DNA of 32,000 nucleotides. It comes from Acidianus tailed spindle virus. The position numbers and the translations under genes were made by a program. The notes below the pieces were generated by a model, which searched no databases, had not been told where the DNA came from, and saw only the letters and a list, made by a program, of their open reading frames with translations. How positions within the stretch are numbered: position 1 is the first letter of the stretch; each line of letters begins with the position of its first letter. The stretch lies in sequence record NC_029316.1; one strand, 5' to 3'. Shown here piece by piece: positions 18,744 through 26,658 of the stretch.

Positions 18744-20489
18744 GTGACTGAAGTATACCTATTAAATCTATACCCAGGAACGATAACGGTAACTGTAACG
18801 GACAAAACAAACGGTAACTCAGAAACATACACGCTGTCAGAATACCAAACTATCGATATAACCAACCTTATTTCATCATGTTATGATTGTCTATGTATCA
18901 AGGTGAACGGAAATTCACGTGGTTGGACTTTGCCACTAAGCCTATTTCCTAGCAGGGCTATTACCATTACTCCTCTAGCTTCACCTGACGGTTCCCCACA
19001 GATTAGTATTTGGAGTACTTCACCCGAAGTTGCACTAAGAGACTGGCTTACAGGTGTAATAGCAGGAAATATACCAACATATCTTTCTGACGCATATCAG
19101 GAAATCTCGTCCTTGATTTCGTTATACAAATCTGGGTCTAGTATATCAACTGCAAAACTCAAGTCAATACTTCAAGAAATATATGACTGCTTGCAGAACG
19201 CAATAAACTTCCAAAAACAGGCTGGAGTTAATTTCGAAGCCATAAGTGCGTGGAGCCAAATTTATCAAAATCTTACAACAATATGTGAGGAACTAAATAA
19301 TGGAAAACTAACTGCAAGTAGCTTACAAAGTCTAAGGTTACCTTCTTACTCTTGTAATTTAGCACAAGCATGTGCAAAAGAATATTGTAATAATCTGAAT
19401 AACTTCATTTCCTCTTTAAGTACAACGCAAAGTTCTACGTCGTCAACTAATACGACACCAACTAGCTCTACGCCTTCACCAACTAGTACGACACAGCCGA
19501 CATCATCTAGCTCTACACAGAGTTCTACGTCGTCAACTAGTACAACACCGTCTAGTACTACTAGTTCCTCTTCTAGTTCTACACCATCGTCTAGTACTAC
19601 AAAGACACAGCCGACATCATCTAGCTCTACACAAAGCAGTACTACACAAAGTACTACGCCATCGTCACCGTCTAGTACGCCATCGCCTAGTACAACGTCA
19701 TCATCTAGCACTACACCATCGTCTAGTACTACTACACCAACTAGCTCTACGCCTTCACCAACTAGTACGACACAGCCGACATCATCTAGCTCTACACAGA
19801 GTTCTACGTCGTCAACTAGTACAACACCGTCTAGTACTACTAGTTCCTCTTCTAGTTCTACACCATCGTCTAGTACTACGCCGTCGTCACCAACTAGTCC
19901 TACAACCACACAACAGACATCATCTAGTACTACTAGTACAACGCCTTTACAACTATTGCAGGAGGCAACGCCGTCTAGTTCTACACAAAGTTCTACATCA
20001 TCAACTAGTACAACGCCGTCATCTAGCTCTACACAAAGCAGTACTACACAACAGACACCATCTAGTCCTGCAACGCCTTTACAACTACTGCTGGAGAACG
20101 ATTATATTACATTCGAAAATGAATATCCGCAGTATGCAACGTTAGCAAATGTTCTTCAAAATACTCCTGGTCTTACGTTGTCTCAAAAAATATCTACACT
20201 TAAACAACAGTTTTCTGCATATGCACAGCAAGCTTACCAGGCTTTACTTGGTGGGGATAAGCGTAGTGCTAAATATTATGCTAAACAAGCTAACTGTATA
20301 TTGAATGCGTTACAACAATACTCTCAACTATCTGGACAGGACTGCTTAAGTGAATTACAACAATATATACAAGAGCTTAGTAACGTAAATAACGTAGTTT
20401 ACGATACTGCATCACAAGTACAACCTTTAGTGTTAGGCACACAGCCAGCCCCAGTTAGACCTGCACCTAATATAGAAATATTACAATAA
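18744..20489 (+). CDS. Ser/Thr-rich mucin-like protein with N- and C-terminal domains, 581 aa, GTG start
   Basis: Upstream TATA-like tatttttaaag; long STTPSSSTTPTSSTP tract between two ordered domains; no convincing TM; probable virion protein. Confidence 0.85.
   Translation: MTEVYLLNLYPGTITVTVTDKTNGNSETYTLSEYQTIDITNLISSCYDCLCIKVNGNSRGWTLPLSLFPSRAITITPLASPDGSPQISIWSTSPEVALRDWLTGVIAGNIPTYLSDAYQEISSLISLYKSGSSISTAKLKSILQEIYDCLQNAINFQKQAGVNFEAISAWSQIYQNLTTICEELNNGKLTASSLQSLRLPSYSCNLAQACAKEYCNNLNNFISSLSTTQSSTSSTNTTPTSSTPSPTSTTQPTSSSSTQSSTSSTSTTPSSTTSSSSSSTPSSSTTKTQPTSSSSTQSSTTQSTTPSSPSSTPSPSTTSSSSTTPSSSTTTPTSSTPSPTSTTQPTSSSSTQSSTSSTSTTPSSTTSSSSSSTPSSSTTPSSPTSPTTTQQTSSSTTSTTPLQLLQEATPSSSTQSSTSSTSTTPSSSSTQSSTTQQTPSSPATPLQLLLENDYITFENEYPQYATLANVLQNTPGLTLSQKISTLKQQFSAYAQQAYQALLGGDKRSAKYYAKQANCILNALQQYSQLSGQDCLSELQQYIQELSNVNNVVYDTASQVQPLVLGTQPAPVRPAPNIEILQ
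19455..19879 (+). repeat. 146-bp exact direct repeat within the S/T tract (copies 19455-19600 and 19734-19879, offset 279 bp = 93 codons)
   Basis: Both copies read acaccaactagctctacgccttcaccaactagtacgacacagccgacatcatctagc...ctagtactac. Confidence 0.85.
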
Positions 20490-20500
20490 GTGAATGGTTG

Positions 20501-20514
20501 AGGGATAAGTCCCT
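20501..20514. other. Short hairpin AGGGA-TAAG-TCCCT after the mucin-like gene
   Basis: Perfect 5-bp stem just 3' of the stop codon. Confidence 0.5.
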
Positions 20515-20582
20515 ACACTAAATGATGGACAAAAGGCTAAGTGGAGCAAAAGGGTTTTATTTTTTCCATGTTATGACTGATT

Positions 20583-20933
20583 ATGCCACTTCATCCAGAG
20601 AAGTATGCAAGACATGTTTTAAGAGACCTTAGATTATTTCTAGAGGGAAAAATAGATTACCCAGACATAGACCTCAGACTGGCTGGAGAAGAAGCGTGGA
20701 CTGATGCCTTCCCTGAGTTAAGAGACGCTATACACAGAATAATAGAGACGATACATAAATTTGCAAGGGAGTACGATTTAGACGCTGGTGGCAGATTGGA
20801 CTTTGAGGCTGAAATGGAACTGATTAATGAAATAAAGCCAGAACTGGAGATAGTGGAGAAGTTTGCCATGGGCGATGCGAGGGAAGAGGAAGAATACGAA
20901 GAAGAATTAGAAGAAGAACAAGGGTGTTGTTAG
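20583..20933 (+). CDS. Hypothetical acidic helical protein, 116 aa, ending in CC
   Basis: ATG ORF; YPDIDLRLAGEEA is shared with [13 protein letters not shown] in the 3844-4329 protein. Confidence 0.7.
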   Translation: MPLHPEKYARHVLRDLRLFLEGKIDYPDIDLRLAGEEAWTDAFPELRDAIHRIIETIHKFAREYDLDAGGRLDFEAEMELINEIKPELEIVEKFAMGDAREEEEYEEELEEEQGCC

Positions 20934-21355
20934 CCTTTTGATGCAGGTTCATTCTCCTTTTTTCTAACCTTCTTCTCGCTCTGTGTTTGTTTTATCACAG
21001 CTGTGATTGCAGATAACCTTAACAAGTATATTACTAGATCTTGCCTATTACGATTCTCTCTTAATGCGAAATTTACCCATTTCTCTACATTGTCAAACCC
21101 ACTCCACTTAACGATAAACTTAGCGGACTTTATGCTATATTTCCCTATGACTATACCTTTCACCTGCCTTCCGTTAACCGTTGTATTTATCGGCTCTCCT
21201 AATTCGAACGTATTATCTTTCTTTATAACTGCTATTAATGCAAAAGATGAGCGAGAAAGTTGGTTTAAAACGAATTTTTGTTGTAGCTTTGATTTAAATA
21301 AACTAGTTTTTAGCATTAAACAAGATACTTTGTTAGTATTTAAAAAGATTTTCAT
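20930..21355 (-). CDS. Hypothetical basic protein, 141 aa
   Basis: ORF convergent with the 116-aa gene. It carries internally similar strings FALIAVIKK and LSAITAVIKQ. Confidence 0.5.
   Translation of the reverse strand: MKIFLNTNKVSCLMLKTSLFKSKLQQKFVLNQLSRSSFALIAVIKKDNTFELGEPINTTVNGRQVKGIVIGKYSIKSAKFIVKWSGFDNVEKWVNFALRENRNRQDLVIYLLRLSAITAVIKQTQSEKKVRKKENEPASKG
20994..21007. repeat. Dispersed palindrome copy 4, inside the 141-aa ORF
   Basis: ATCACAGCTGTGAT. Confidence 0.75.
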
Positions 21356-21371
21356 TTTTTGGAAACAGAGA

Positions 21372-21428
21372 CCAGTCCGTGAAGGTGGAGAGGACTGACC
21401 TACTCCCCGTCCTAAAGGACGAGGCTTG
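21372..21428. other. Compound hairpin region resembling IS200/IS605-type end hairpins
   Basis: CAGTCC...GGACTG inverted repeat, followed by CTACTCCCCGTCCTAAAGGACGAGGCTTG (CGTCC-TAAA-GGACG at 21408-21421). Confidence 0.45.
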
Positions 21429-21818
21429 TTAAAGTTCGTTCGTATTTTCCTGTATGTTTAGCTCAACCTCTATCTTCTTAATAAAGAACGTAGTTTTGCC
21501 TCCTGTACAAACTTTAGTATAATAAACAATAACTTCATCACCGTCATCGTTCTCGAACTCGTCAACACCTACCCAACTTTTATAACCGATGTAATTATTT
21601 ACCTGGTTTTCTGCACCGTTAATAGGGTAAAAACCTAAGTTATCTAGAAAATCATATAAGTCGTCATATTCCTCTTCTGTTAGCTCTATAGGTTCTTTGA
21701 AATCAACTACGATTGAAATCGTATTATTTTCAGTTTTTTGTGGTTGACCTACGTTAAATTCTGCATTCTTTGAGTTGAAGAATTCTTTAATGGTTTGAAT
21801 TACTTCTTCGTAATCCAT
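21429..21818 (-). CDS. Hypothetical acidic protein, 129 aa
   Basis: ATG ORF MDYEEVIQTIKEFFNSKNAEFN... Confidence 0.65.
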   Translation of the reverse strand: MDYEEVIQTIKEFFNSKNAEFNVGQPQKTENNTISIVVDFKEPIELTEEEYDDLYDFLDNLGFYPINGAENQVNNYIGYKSWVGVDEFENDDGDEVIVYYTKVCTGGKTTFFIKKIEVELNIQENTNEL

Positions 21819-21875
21819 GCGTCTAGTTTATAGTGGGAGTTTAAAAGGATTTTTATCGCTCACGTTATCGCTCAT

Positions 21876-21895
21876 GAAATCACATCTGTGTTTTC
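21876..21895. repeat. Dispersed palindrome copy 5, upstream of the promoter block
   Basis: GAAATCACATCTGTGTTTTC. Confidence 0.85.
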
Positions 21896-21897
21896 AC

Positions 21898-21920
21898 GCA
21901 AAGCAATATCCTTAAAAACT
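21898..21920 (+). promoter_or_regulatory. TATA-containing promoter block identical over 23 nt to the one before the 3844-4329 gene
   Basis: GCAAAGCAATATCCTTAAAAACT; the same 23-mer lies on the minus strand at 4280-4302. Confidence 0.8.
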
Positions 21921-21953
21921 CACATCCCGTCAATTTTGTAAGGTGTAAATAAT

Positions 21954-22286
21954 ATGGCACAAAACAAATTAACTGGAACGTATGGGAAAACTCTAGTTCA
22001 ATTAGCAGTAAACGAAGCAATAAACTGGTGTGAAAAGCACGAACCATACGACGTACCACATTGCTTGAAGACGTTCAAAGACATGGGACTACAGTATACG
22101 ATAGATGTCCTAAGCGAGGAAGGGAAATTACCACCAATAGACTTAGGCACAAGTGTAGGGGCAGAAAGATTGAAGAAGAGATTCTCAACTTTAATGAAAT
22201 ACTATATAAACTACTATAACGATAACTATGGAGATTACAATGAAAACTGGAATGAAGAAGGAGGTTGTTGCAATGAACAATACTAA
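21954..22286 (+). CDS. Hypothetical protein, 110 aa, near-C-terminal GGCC
   Basis: ATG ORF downstream of the promoter block. Confidence 0.75.
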   Translation: MAQNKLTGTYGKTLVQLAVNEAINWCEKHEPYDVPHCLKTFKDMGLQYTIDVLSEEGKLPPIDLGTSVGAERLKKRFSTLMKYYINYYNDNYGDYNENWNEEGGCCNEQY

Positions 22287-22443
22287 ATTATTTTTTGATC
22301 AACAAGGGGGGGAGTGGGGTCAAGATAGTAGAGGTGGTTATGCCGTGGGAGGTGATTCCGCCGTGACACCCACAGGCACAGCAGATACAGCAGAGGTGGA
22401 TACAGAGATGTTTAAGGAGATACAGGAGGTGGTTATGCCGTGA
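22273..22443 (+). CDS. Small protein starting MNNTKLFFDQQGGEWG...; the track's longer start at 22228 is less likely
   Basis: ATG overlaps the end of the 110-aa gene; stop overlaps the GTG of the next gene (coupling). Confidence 0.6.
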   Translation: MNNTKLFFDQQGGEWGQDSRGGYAVGGDSAVTPTGTADTAEVDTEMFKEIQEVVMP

Positions 22444-23363
22444 CACCCACTCCAATTAATAACTCGAATAAAAGAGATAATAAGCCTTTTGGTGATGCAG
22501 AAAAGTTAGCAAGAATTGTAGACCAGGCTATAATGCAGGCAAAGTTGCAAAGAATATACGACGTCGTTAAAGACTATCAAGTTAACGATACTACTTCTAT
22601 TATTACTGATGACGACCGTGTTGGTGATAATGAGGAGAAAGTAGAAGATGAAGAGGAGGTATTAAGCAAAAGCAAACAACTGGATATCAATGACTTTAAC
22701 GTTACATTTAGAGTTCCCAAAAATCTAAGGCTGTACGACCAGGCTAAGTTCACCATATCAATGCTGAAGAGTTTCATTGAGGATCTAGGAGTTAAAGTGA
22801 AATATATTGTAAGCGATAAAAGGAAACTGTGTGCAATAGAGATAGATCTAGGTCAGAAAATGCACACATCTCATGAGCGTTACGTCCTCTCGTTTATCGT
22901 AAACGAACAAACTTCAAAGAACATTGTTCCTTCTGAGGTAAAGAAAAGGTTTGAGAATGAGTGGAAGTACCTAATGAGGCAGTTGAAGATAACTGGATTT
23001 GATTCAATGACCTACGTCTTTGTAGCTAAGAGGAAGTTCACTTACGGTGCTTACAAACTTGTTGAGAAGATGAATAAGGGTGTAGGGAATATAATATACT
23101 CTACAGACATCGTGTCTGCAATAACCAGGTTCTTCACTAACAATAAATTCCTCGCAATAAGGCTGTACAACTACCTATACAAGATAAAAGGCAACCTGAC
23201 TGCAAATAACATAATGAAAATAACTGGGCTGATATCGATTATCAACGCAATTTATCGCCTGCTCACTGGTAAAGTCGTCGTAGATAAATTAATACTAAAG
23301 ACGTTAAAGACGCCTGATGACGTAATCAAGGTGTTGGACAAATTCTTTAGAAAGAAAAAGTAG
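22440..23363 (+). CDS. Hypothetical basic protein, 307 aa, GTG start
   Basis: Coupled to the previous ORF; conserved-looking soluble protein with basic C-terminus ...DKFFRKKK. Confidence 0.75.
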   Translation: MTPTPINNSNKRDNKPFGDAEKLARIVDQAIMQAKLQRIYDVVKDYQVNDTTSIITDDDRVGDNEEKVEDEEEVLSKSKQLDINDFNVTFRVPKNLRLYDQAKFTISMLKSFIEDLGVKVKYIVSDKRKLCAIEIDLGQKMHTSHERYVLSFIVNEQTSKNIVPSEVKKRFENEWKYLMRQLKITGFDSMTYVFVAKRKFTYGAYKLVEKMNKGVGNIIYSTDIVSAITRFFTNNKFLAIRLYNYLYKIKGNLTANNIMKITGLISIINAIYRLLTGKVVVDKLILKTLKTPDDVIKVLDKFFRKKK

Positions 23364-23372
23364 TTCTAAACT

Positions 23373-23392
23373 GCAAACACACCTGTGATTTC
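23373..23392. repeat. Dispersed palindrome copy 6, left flank of the AT-rich region
   Basis: GCAAACACACCTGTGATTTC. Confidence 0.75.
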
Positions 23393-23925
23393 ACTCCCTC
23401 TCTTTTCTTAGCATATCTTATTAAATAATTTTTCTCAGATTTTGGATAATATTTCTTTAAAGTGTTAAAGTGTTAGCAATAGAAGGTTATATTCAACTGT
23501 TTATGGTGAAAATGTATTAACTTAGTGATTTTTTTAGATTATGTTGAAAATGTATATGAAATGAATGAGGGTTGACTTTCAGTATATGAAATTTCACTTT
23601 ATCTATATGTTCTGTTTAAATCTGTTTGTAACTTGTTCTAAAGCAGTTAATGTATAAAAACTGTATAACTGAAAGTGAATTGAAAGGTTGATTTTTTCAC
23701 TGTAAATAAAAAATCTGTTGTGAATTGAAAGAATATGAAACGATTTACATGTTAAATTGAAAGTGTATGAGGGTATATGAAACAAATTAATGTGTAATTG
23801 AAAGTTGCTATTATACTATATTTAATAGTAGTGAATAACTATATTATACATACTCACAGTGAAGTGAAGAAGCACTACTTTTGTTCCGTTCACTACTTTA
23901 TTTGCCCTTTACTTTTTCTTTTCCT
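23393..23925. promoter_or_regulatory. AT-rich, ORF-poor region with short direct repeats; candidate replication origin or partition region
   Basis: (G)TGAATTGAAAG-like repeats at 23675, 23720, about 23754 and about 23793. GTATATGAAA-like repeats at 23552, 23582, 23731 and 23773. Palindromes flank it on both sides (23378, 23931). Confidence 0.45.
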
Positions 23926-23945
23926 GCGAACACAGCTGTGATAAC
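23926..23945. repeat. Dispersed palindrome copy 7, right flank of the AT-rich region
   Basis: GCGAACACAGCTGTGATAAC. Confidence 0.75.
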
Positions 23946-24051
23946 AAACGACAACCCCGTTAGAATAGCTCTCCGTACAAAACCCTTAAATACTCCTACC
24001 AGGAGATTCTCACATGCCTCATTTGTTTAACCAAGACCAGTACACAGCACT

Positions 24052-24071
24052 GAAATCACAGCTGTGTTCTC
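24052..24071. repeat. Dispersed palindrome copy 8
   Basis: GAAATCACAGCTGTGTTCTC. Confidence 0.8.
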
Positions 24072-24083
24072 ACGTGGAGGTGG

Positions 24084-24437
24084 TTGTTGACGATTAAGTG
24101 CTTTGATAACGGGAACGAAATAGTTTGCATAGACGACGAGTCCCAACGCCTTATTAACCTTACAAAGAAATCTACTAAGTTCTTATTGCCTGAAGAAATT
24201 GACAAGTTAATAAAACAGCTTCTTGATAATGAGATCGAAGTAAATGAAGTAGAGTCTCATAGGTACGAGCCGAGGACTTACTATACTATATACAAAGTAC
24301 GTGGTAAAAAGCCCTTGTACTTTATGGAAGTTTATGATGGCTCTAGTGCTTCATATAGATATTACTTCTGCAGGTCTAAGAATCAGTGCTTGAAAATAAT
24401 GGAGGATCTTGAAGAGGATAATGTGATGCTATATTGA
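24084..24437 (+). CDS. Hypothetical protein, about 117 aa, TTG or other non-ATG start
   Basis: Good coding composition; start uncertain. A 27-aa ATG ORF (24014-24097) overlaps its beginning. Confidence 0.6.
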   Translation: MLTIKCFDNGNEIVCIDDESQRLINLTKKSTKFLLPEEIDKLIKQLLDNEIEVNEVESHRYEPRTYYTIYKVRGKKPLYFMEVYDGSSASYRYYFCRSKNQCLKIMEDLEEDNVMLY

Positions 24438-24450
24438 CAGTTTGCAGTTG

Positions 24451-24470
24451 TTTATCACAGCTGTGTTTGC
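24451..24470. repeat. Dispersed palindrome copy 9
   Basis: TTTATCACAGCTGTGTTTGC. Confidence 0.75.
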
Positions 24471-24559
24471 AGACAGAAAGAGCAACACATTTCAGAGCAG
24501 GTAAGGTCGAATTTCTAAACCAGTATCTATTTTTATAGTTGTTCCTAATTAGTTAAGAT

Positions 24560-24700
24560 ATGCAGATCTTAGCAATAATCCTCGTGCTCTTTCTTATATT
24601 TTTAGCAGTATTAGTAGGTCTTCTCCCATATTTTTACGCTAAAACAGAGATGGGTAGAAAGAAAAATAAGGATGAAGAGGAGAAGAAGCTCTACAATTAG
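24560..24700 (+). CDS. Single-TM mini-protein, 46 aa (MQILAIILVLFLIFLAVLVGLLPYFYAKTEMGRKKNKDEEEKKLYN)
   Basis: Manual translation; N-terminal TM helix and charged tail; TATA-like tatttttatag upstream. Confidence 0.55.
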   Translation: MQILAIILVLFLIFLAVLVGLLPYFYAKTEMGRKKNKDEEEKKLYN

Positions 24701-24800
24701 CGAAAACTGGGCTGAATCCTTTTTCACGTTAATAGTTTTCACGTTAATAGAAATCTTTTTTGACTTCAAATAGGTTTTAAACAAAGGAGAGTGGAGGAAA

Positions 24801-25319
24801 ATGATGTTGATTTTGGATCTAGACGGTACACTTTTCGATACTTCTGCCAGGTGGAACGAATGTGAGAAGATATCTAACAAAAACAAACGCCTGTTTTGGG
24901 CACCAGACCGTGTGTTTTGGGAATGTTATCAATCACCGAGGTTCATGAACCTGGACGAACCTAAGTGGGAAGTTATCAGGTTTGTTAAACGGTTAATTGA
25001 GGAGAAAAAGCCAGAAGTGATAGCAGTAGTCAGCGGTCGTTCAGAAAAACAACGCGAAGCCACTCTCAAACAGCTCTCGGAGATAGGGATAGAGCCGAAC
25101 GAGGTCGTGCTGAGGGGCGAGAAGGACTTCAGGAAAGATTATGAGTTTAAGAAATTCGCCATAAAGGAGTTAATGGAAAAATATGACCAGGATAAGGTCA
25201 TAGTGATAGATGATAGTGACGCAGTGCTAGAACACCTGGAAGAAGAAGGGCTGATAGAAATAATCGATGCAAAAACGATAAAGAAAAGAGAGAAAAAGGA
25301 GAACATGAATACCCCTTAA
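24801..25319 (+). CDS. HAD-superfamily phosphatase, polynucleotide-kinase 3'-phosphatase-like, 172 aa
   Basis: LILDLDGTLFDTS (motif I DxDGT), IAVVSGRSEKQREATLKQL (motif II), VIVIDDSDAVLEHL (motif IV). Confidence 0.85.
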   Translation: MMLILDLDGTLFDTSARWNECEKISNKNKRLFWAPDRVFWECYQSPRFMNLDEPKWEVIRFVKRLIEEKKPEVIAVVSGRSEKQREATLKQLSEIGIEPNEVVLRGEKDFRKDYEFKKFAIKELMEKYDQDKVIVIDDSDAVLEHLEEEGLIEIIDAKTIKKREKKENMNTP

Positions 25320-25509
25320 GGAGAGAAAAATTAAGAAGAAGAGATTTTACAAAAATAGGAGTTAAGTGAGCGAAAAGCCTCGCAGACGAGAGGGAGTCAG
25401 CAATGTAGGTTAGAATAGCTCCTCGCACAAAATCCTTTTAAAAACACTACTCTACATATGTTTGAATATGGAACCAGATAAAATAGCTAAAATCGTATTT
25501 GATTGAGTA

Positions 25510-26088
25510 TTGGATTATTGCAGAAATAACCATGACGCAATGTTAGAATGCGTAGTAAGCCATAGCCCAGACCTATTATCAGTGTTCATAAATTCGTATC
25601 TTAAAAACAAAAAGGCGATAGAAAATTCCGACCAAAAGTTCTGGGAATCAGTCAAAAAAGAGTACGAGAAGTTGTGGAAAAAATGGATGAGAGAAGAAGT
25701 CGCCTATTATCTAGGCGATATTTTGGTACCAGTAGATATAATACAAAATAATGAGCTTAACAACGCCTGTAAAGTTGGATATCTAAAAGCTTACGAAGAG
25801 GTATTAAATGAGTTCGCCGATAGGATCAAGAGTGCATTGCAAGAAGGGGTGCCATTATGCGGGGAATATTTATATGACTGGTACATGAAGATGGCTGATG
25901 TTGTCCCAATCAAAAGACCTGAATATAATGAGCAAGTGTCATATTTTCTGGACTTTTACAATATGTTTGATGACAGTGAGAAATTAGAGGTATTAAGCAT
26001 TTTGCTAGATGAGATAGATAGTGCATTGTATGAGATAGAAGAAGAGTATGAGCGTAATTTAGAAGCCTTAATAAATAATAATAGTTAA
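25510..26088 (+). CDS. Hypothetical protein, 192 aa; the frame extends upstream through an in-frame TGA to an ATG at 25468
   Basis: ORF MDYCRNNHDAMLECVV...; the upstream same-frame segment reads MEPDKIAKIVFD-stop-V. Confidence 0.65.
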   Translation: MDYCRNNHDAMLECVVSHSPDLLSVFINSYLKNKKAIENSDQKFWESVKKEYEKLWKKWMREEVAYYLGDILVPVDIIQNNELNNACKVGYLKAYEEVLNEFADRIKSALQEGVPLCGEYLYDWYMKMADVVPIKRPEYNEQVSYFLDFYNMFDDSEKLEVLSILLDEIDSALYEIEEEYERNLEALINNNS

Positions 26089-26189
26089 ACTTTTTTAAAA
26101 AAATAATAGTATTTATTATAAACAGATACAAAAAGGAGAAACCAACCCCAAAGCAGAATCCTTTTAAGTATTAGAACGTTTGTTTTTGC

Positions 26190-26309
26190 ATGGAACGTAT
26201 AGAAGTAGAAATCGATAATCCTGAAATTTTAGAAGTATTTAAAGGTAGTTACGCATTAGACTTGGATTCTGATTATACATTTCCTTTAATTTTTCTAAAG
26301 CTTCTCTAA
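26190..26309 (+). pseudogene. Truncated duplicate of the 5' end of the nucleotidyltransferase gene (39-aa ORF MERIEVEIDNPEILEVFKGSYALDLDSDYTFPLIFLKLL)
   Basis: Near-identical to MERIEVEINNPEILEYIKKLG at 26835; the DNA similarity includes the upstream leader (CAGAATCC..CTTTTA, AACGTTTGTTTTtGCATGGAACG). Confidence 0.75.
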
Positions 26310-26658
26310 ACGGATTATTACATTCACCTTCTTCTTCGTCACAGCCATATTTTTCTATCATTCTGTCCCAGTTCCTTTCTGCATCTTCAAGTGCATCATC
26401 GGCAGTATCACCTACACCCCACACACGTTCATTAGCCCCGTCATCGAATGTCGCGATATAGAAATCGCCGAATAGTAAGTTGTCGTCATTATTCTCTATT
26501 TTGTACACAACAACAGCACTAGGAACATTATTAAACCCATAACTTTCCTCAGTGTCAAACCAGAGTACTTCTTTTACGGTTACTTTCCCAGTTTGACCTT
26601 TCCCAGTTAAGTCTTCTACTTTCATTCCTAACCCCTGAGTATACCTCTTAACAAGCAA
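26239..26658 (-). CDS. Hypothetical acidic protein; likely start MKVEDLTGKGQTGKV at 26625
   Basis: TATA-like tatttaaatatt at about 26668 on the minus strand; acidic soluble ORF. Confidence 0.65.
   Translation of the reverse strand: MLVKRYTQGLGMKVEDLTGKGQTGKVTVKEVLWFDTEESYGFNNVPSAVVVYKIENNDDNLLFGDFYIATFDDGANERVWGVGDTADDALEDAERNWDRMIEKYGCDEEEGECNNPFREALEKLKEMYNQNPSLMRNYL

Noticed and set aside
19346-19909. Minus-strand 187-aa ORF rich in Val/Glu/Asp/Leu (VVLDDDVVL...)
   Set aside because: It is the reverse complement of the repetitive Ser/Thr tract of the mucin-like gene; the open frame is a by-product of repeat composition.
22577-22777. Minus-strand 66-aa ORF
   Set aside because: Antisense to the 307-aa gene; serine-rich shadow ORF.
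23603-23785. Minus-strand 60-aa ORF in the AT-rich region
   Set aside because: Low-complexity aromatic/Leu composition within repeats; better interpreted as non-coding.
23675-23804. Possible CRISPR array based on repeated GAATTGAAAG
   Set aside because: Spacing is irregular (about 30-45 bp), only 8-12 nt are shared, and there is no uniform 24-nt repeat or leader. Kept only as a speculative similarity, not called as an array.
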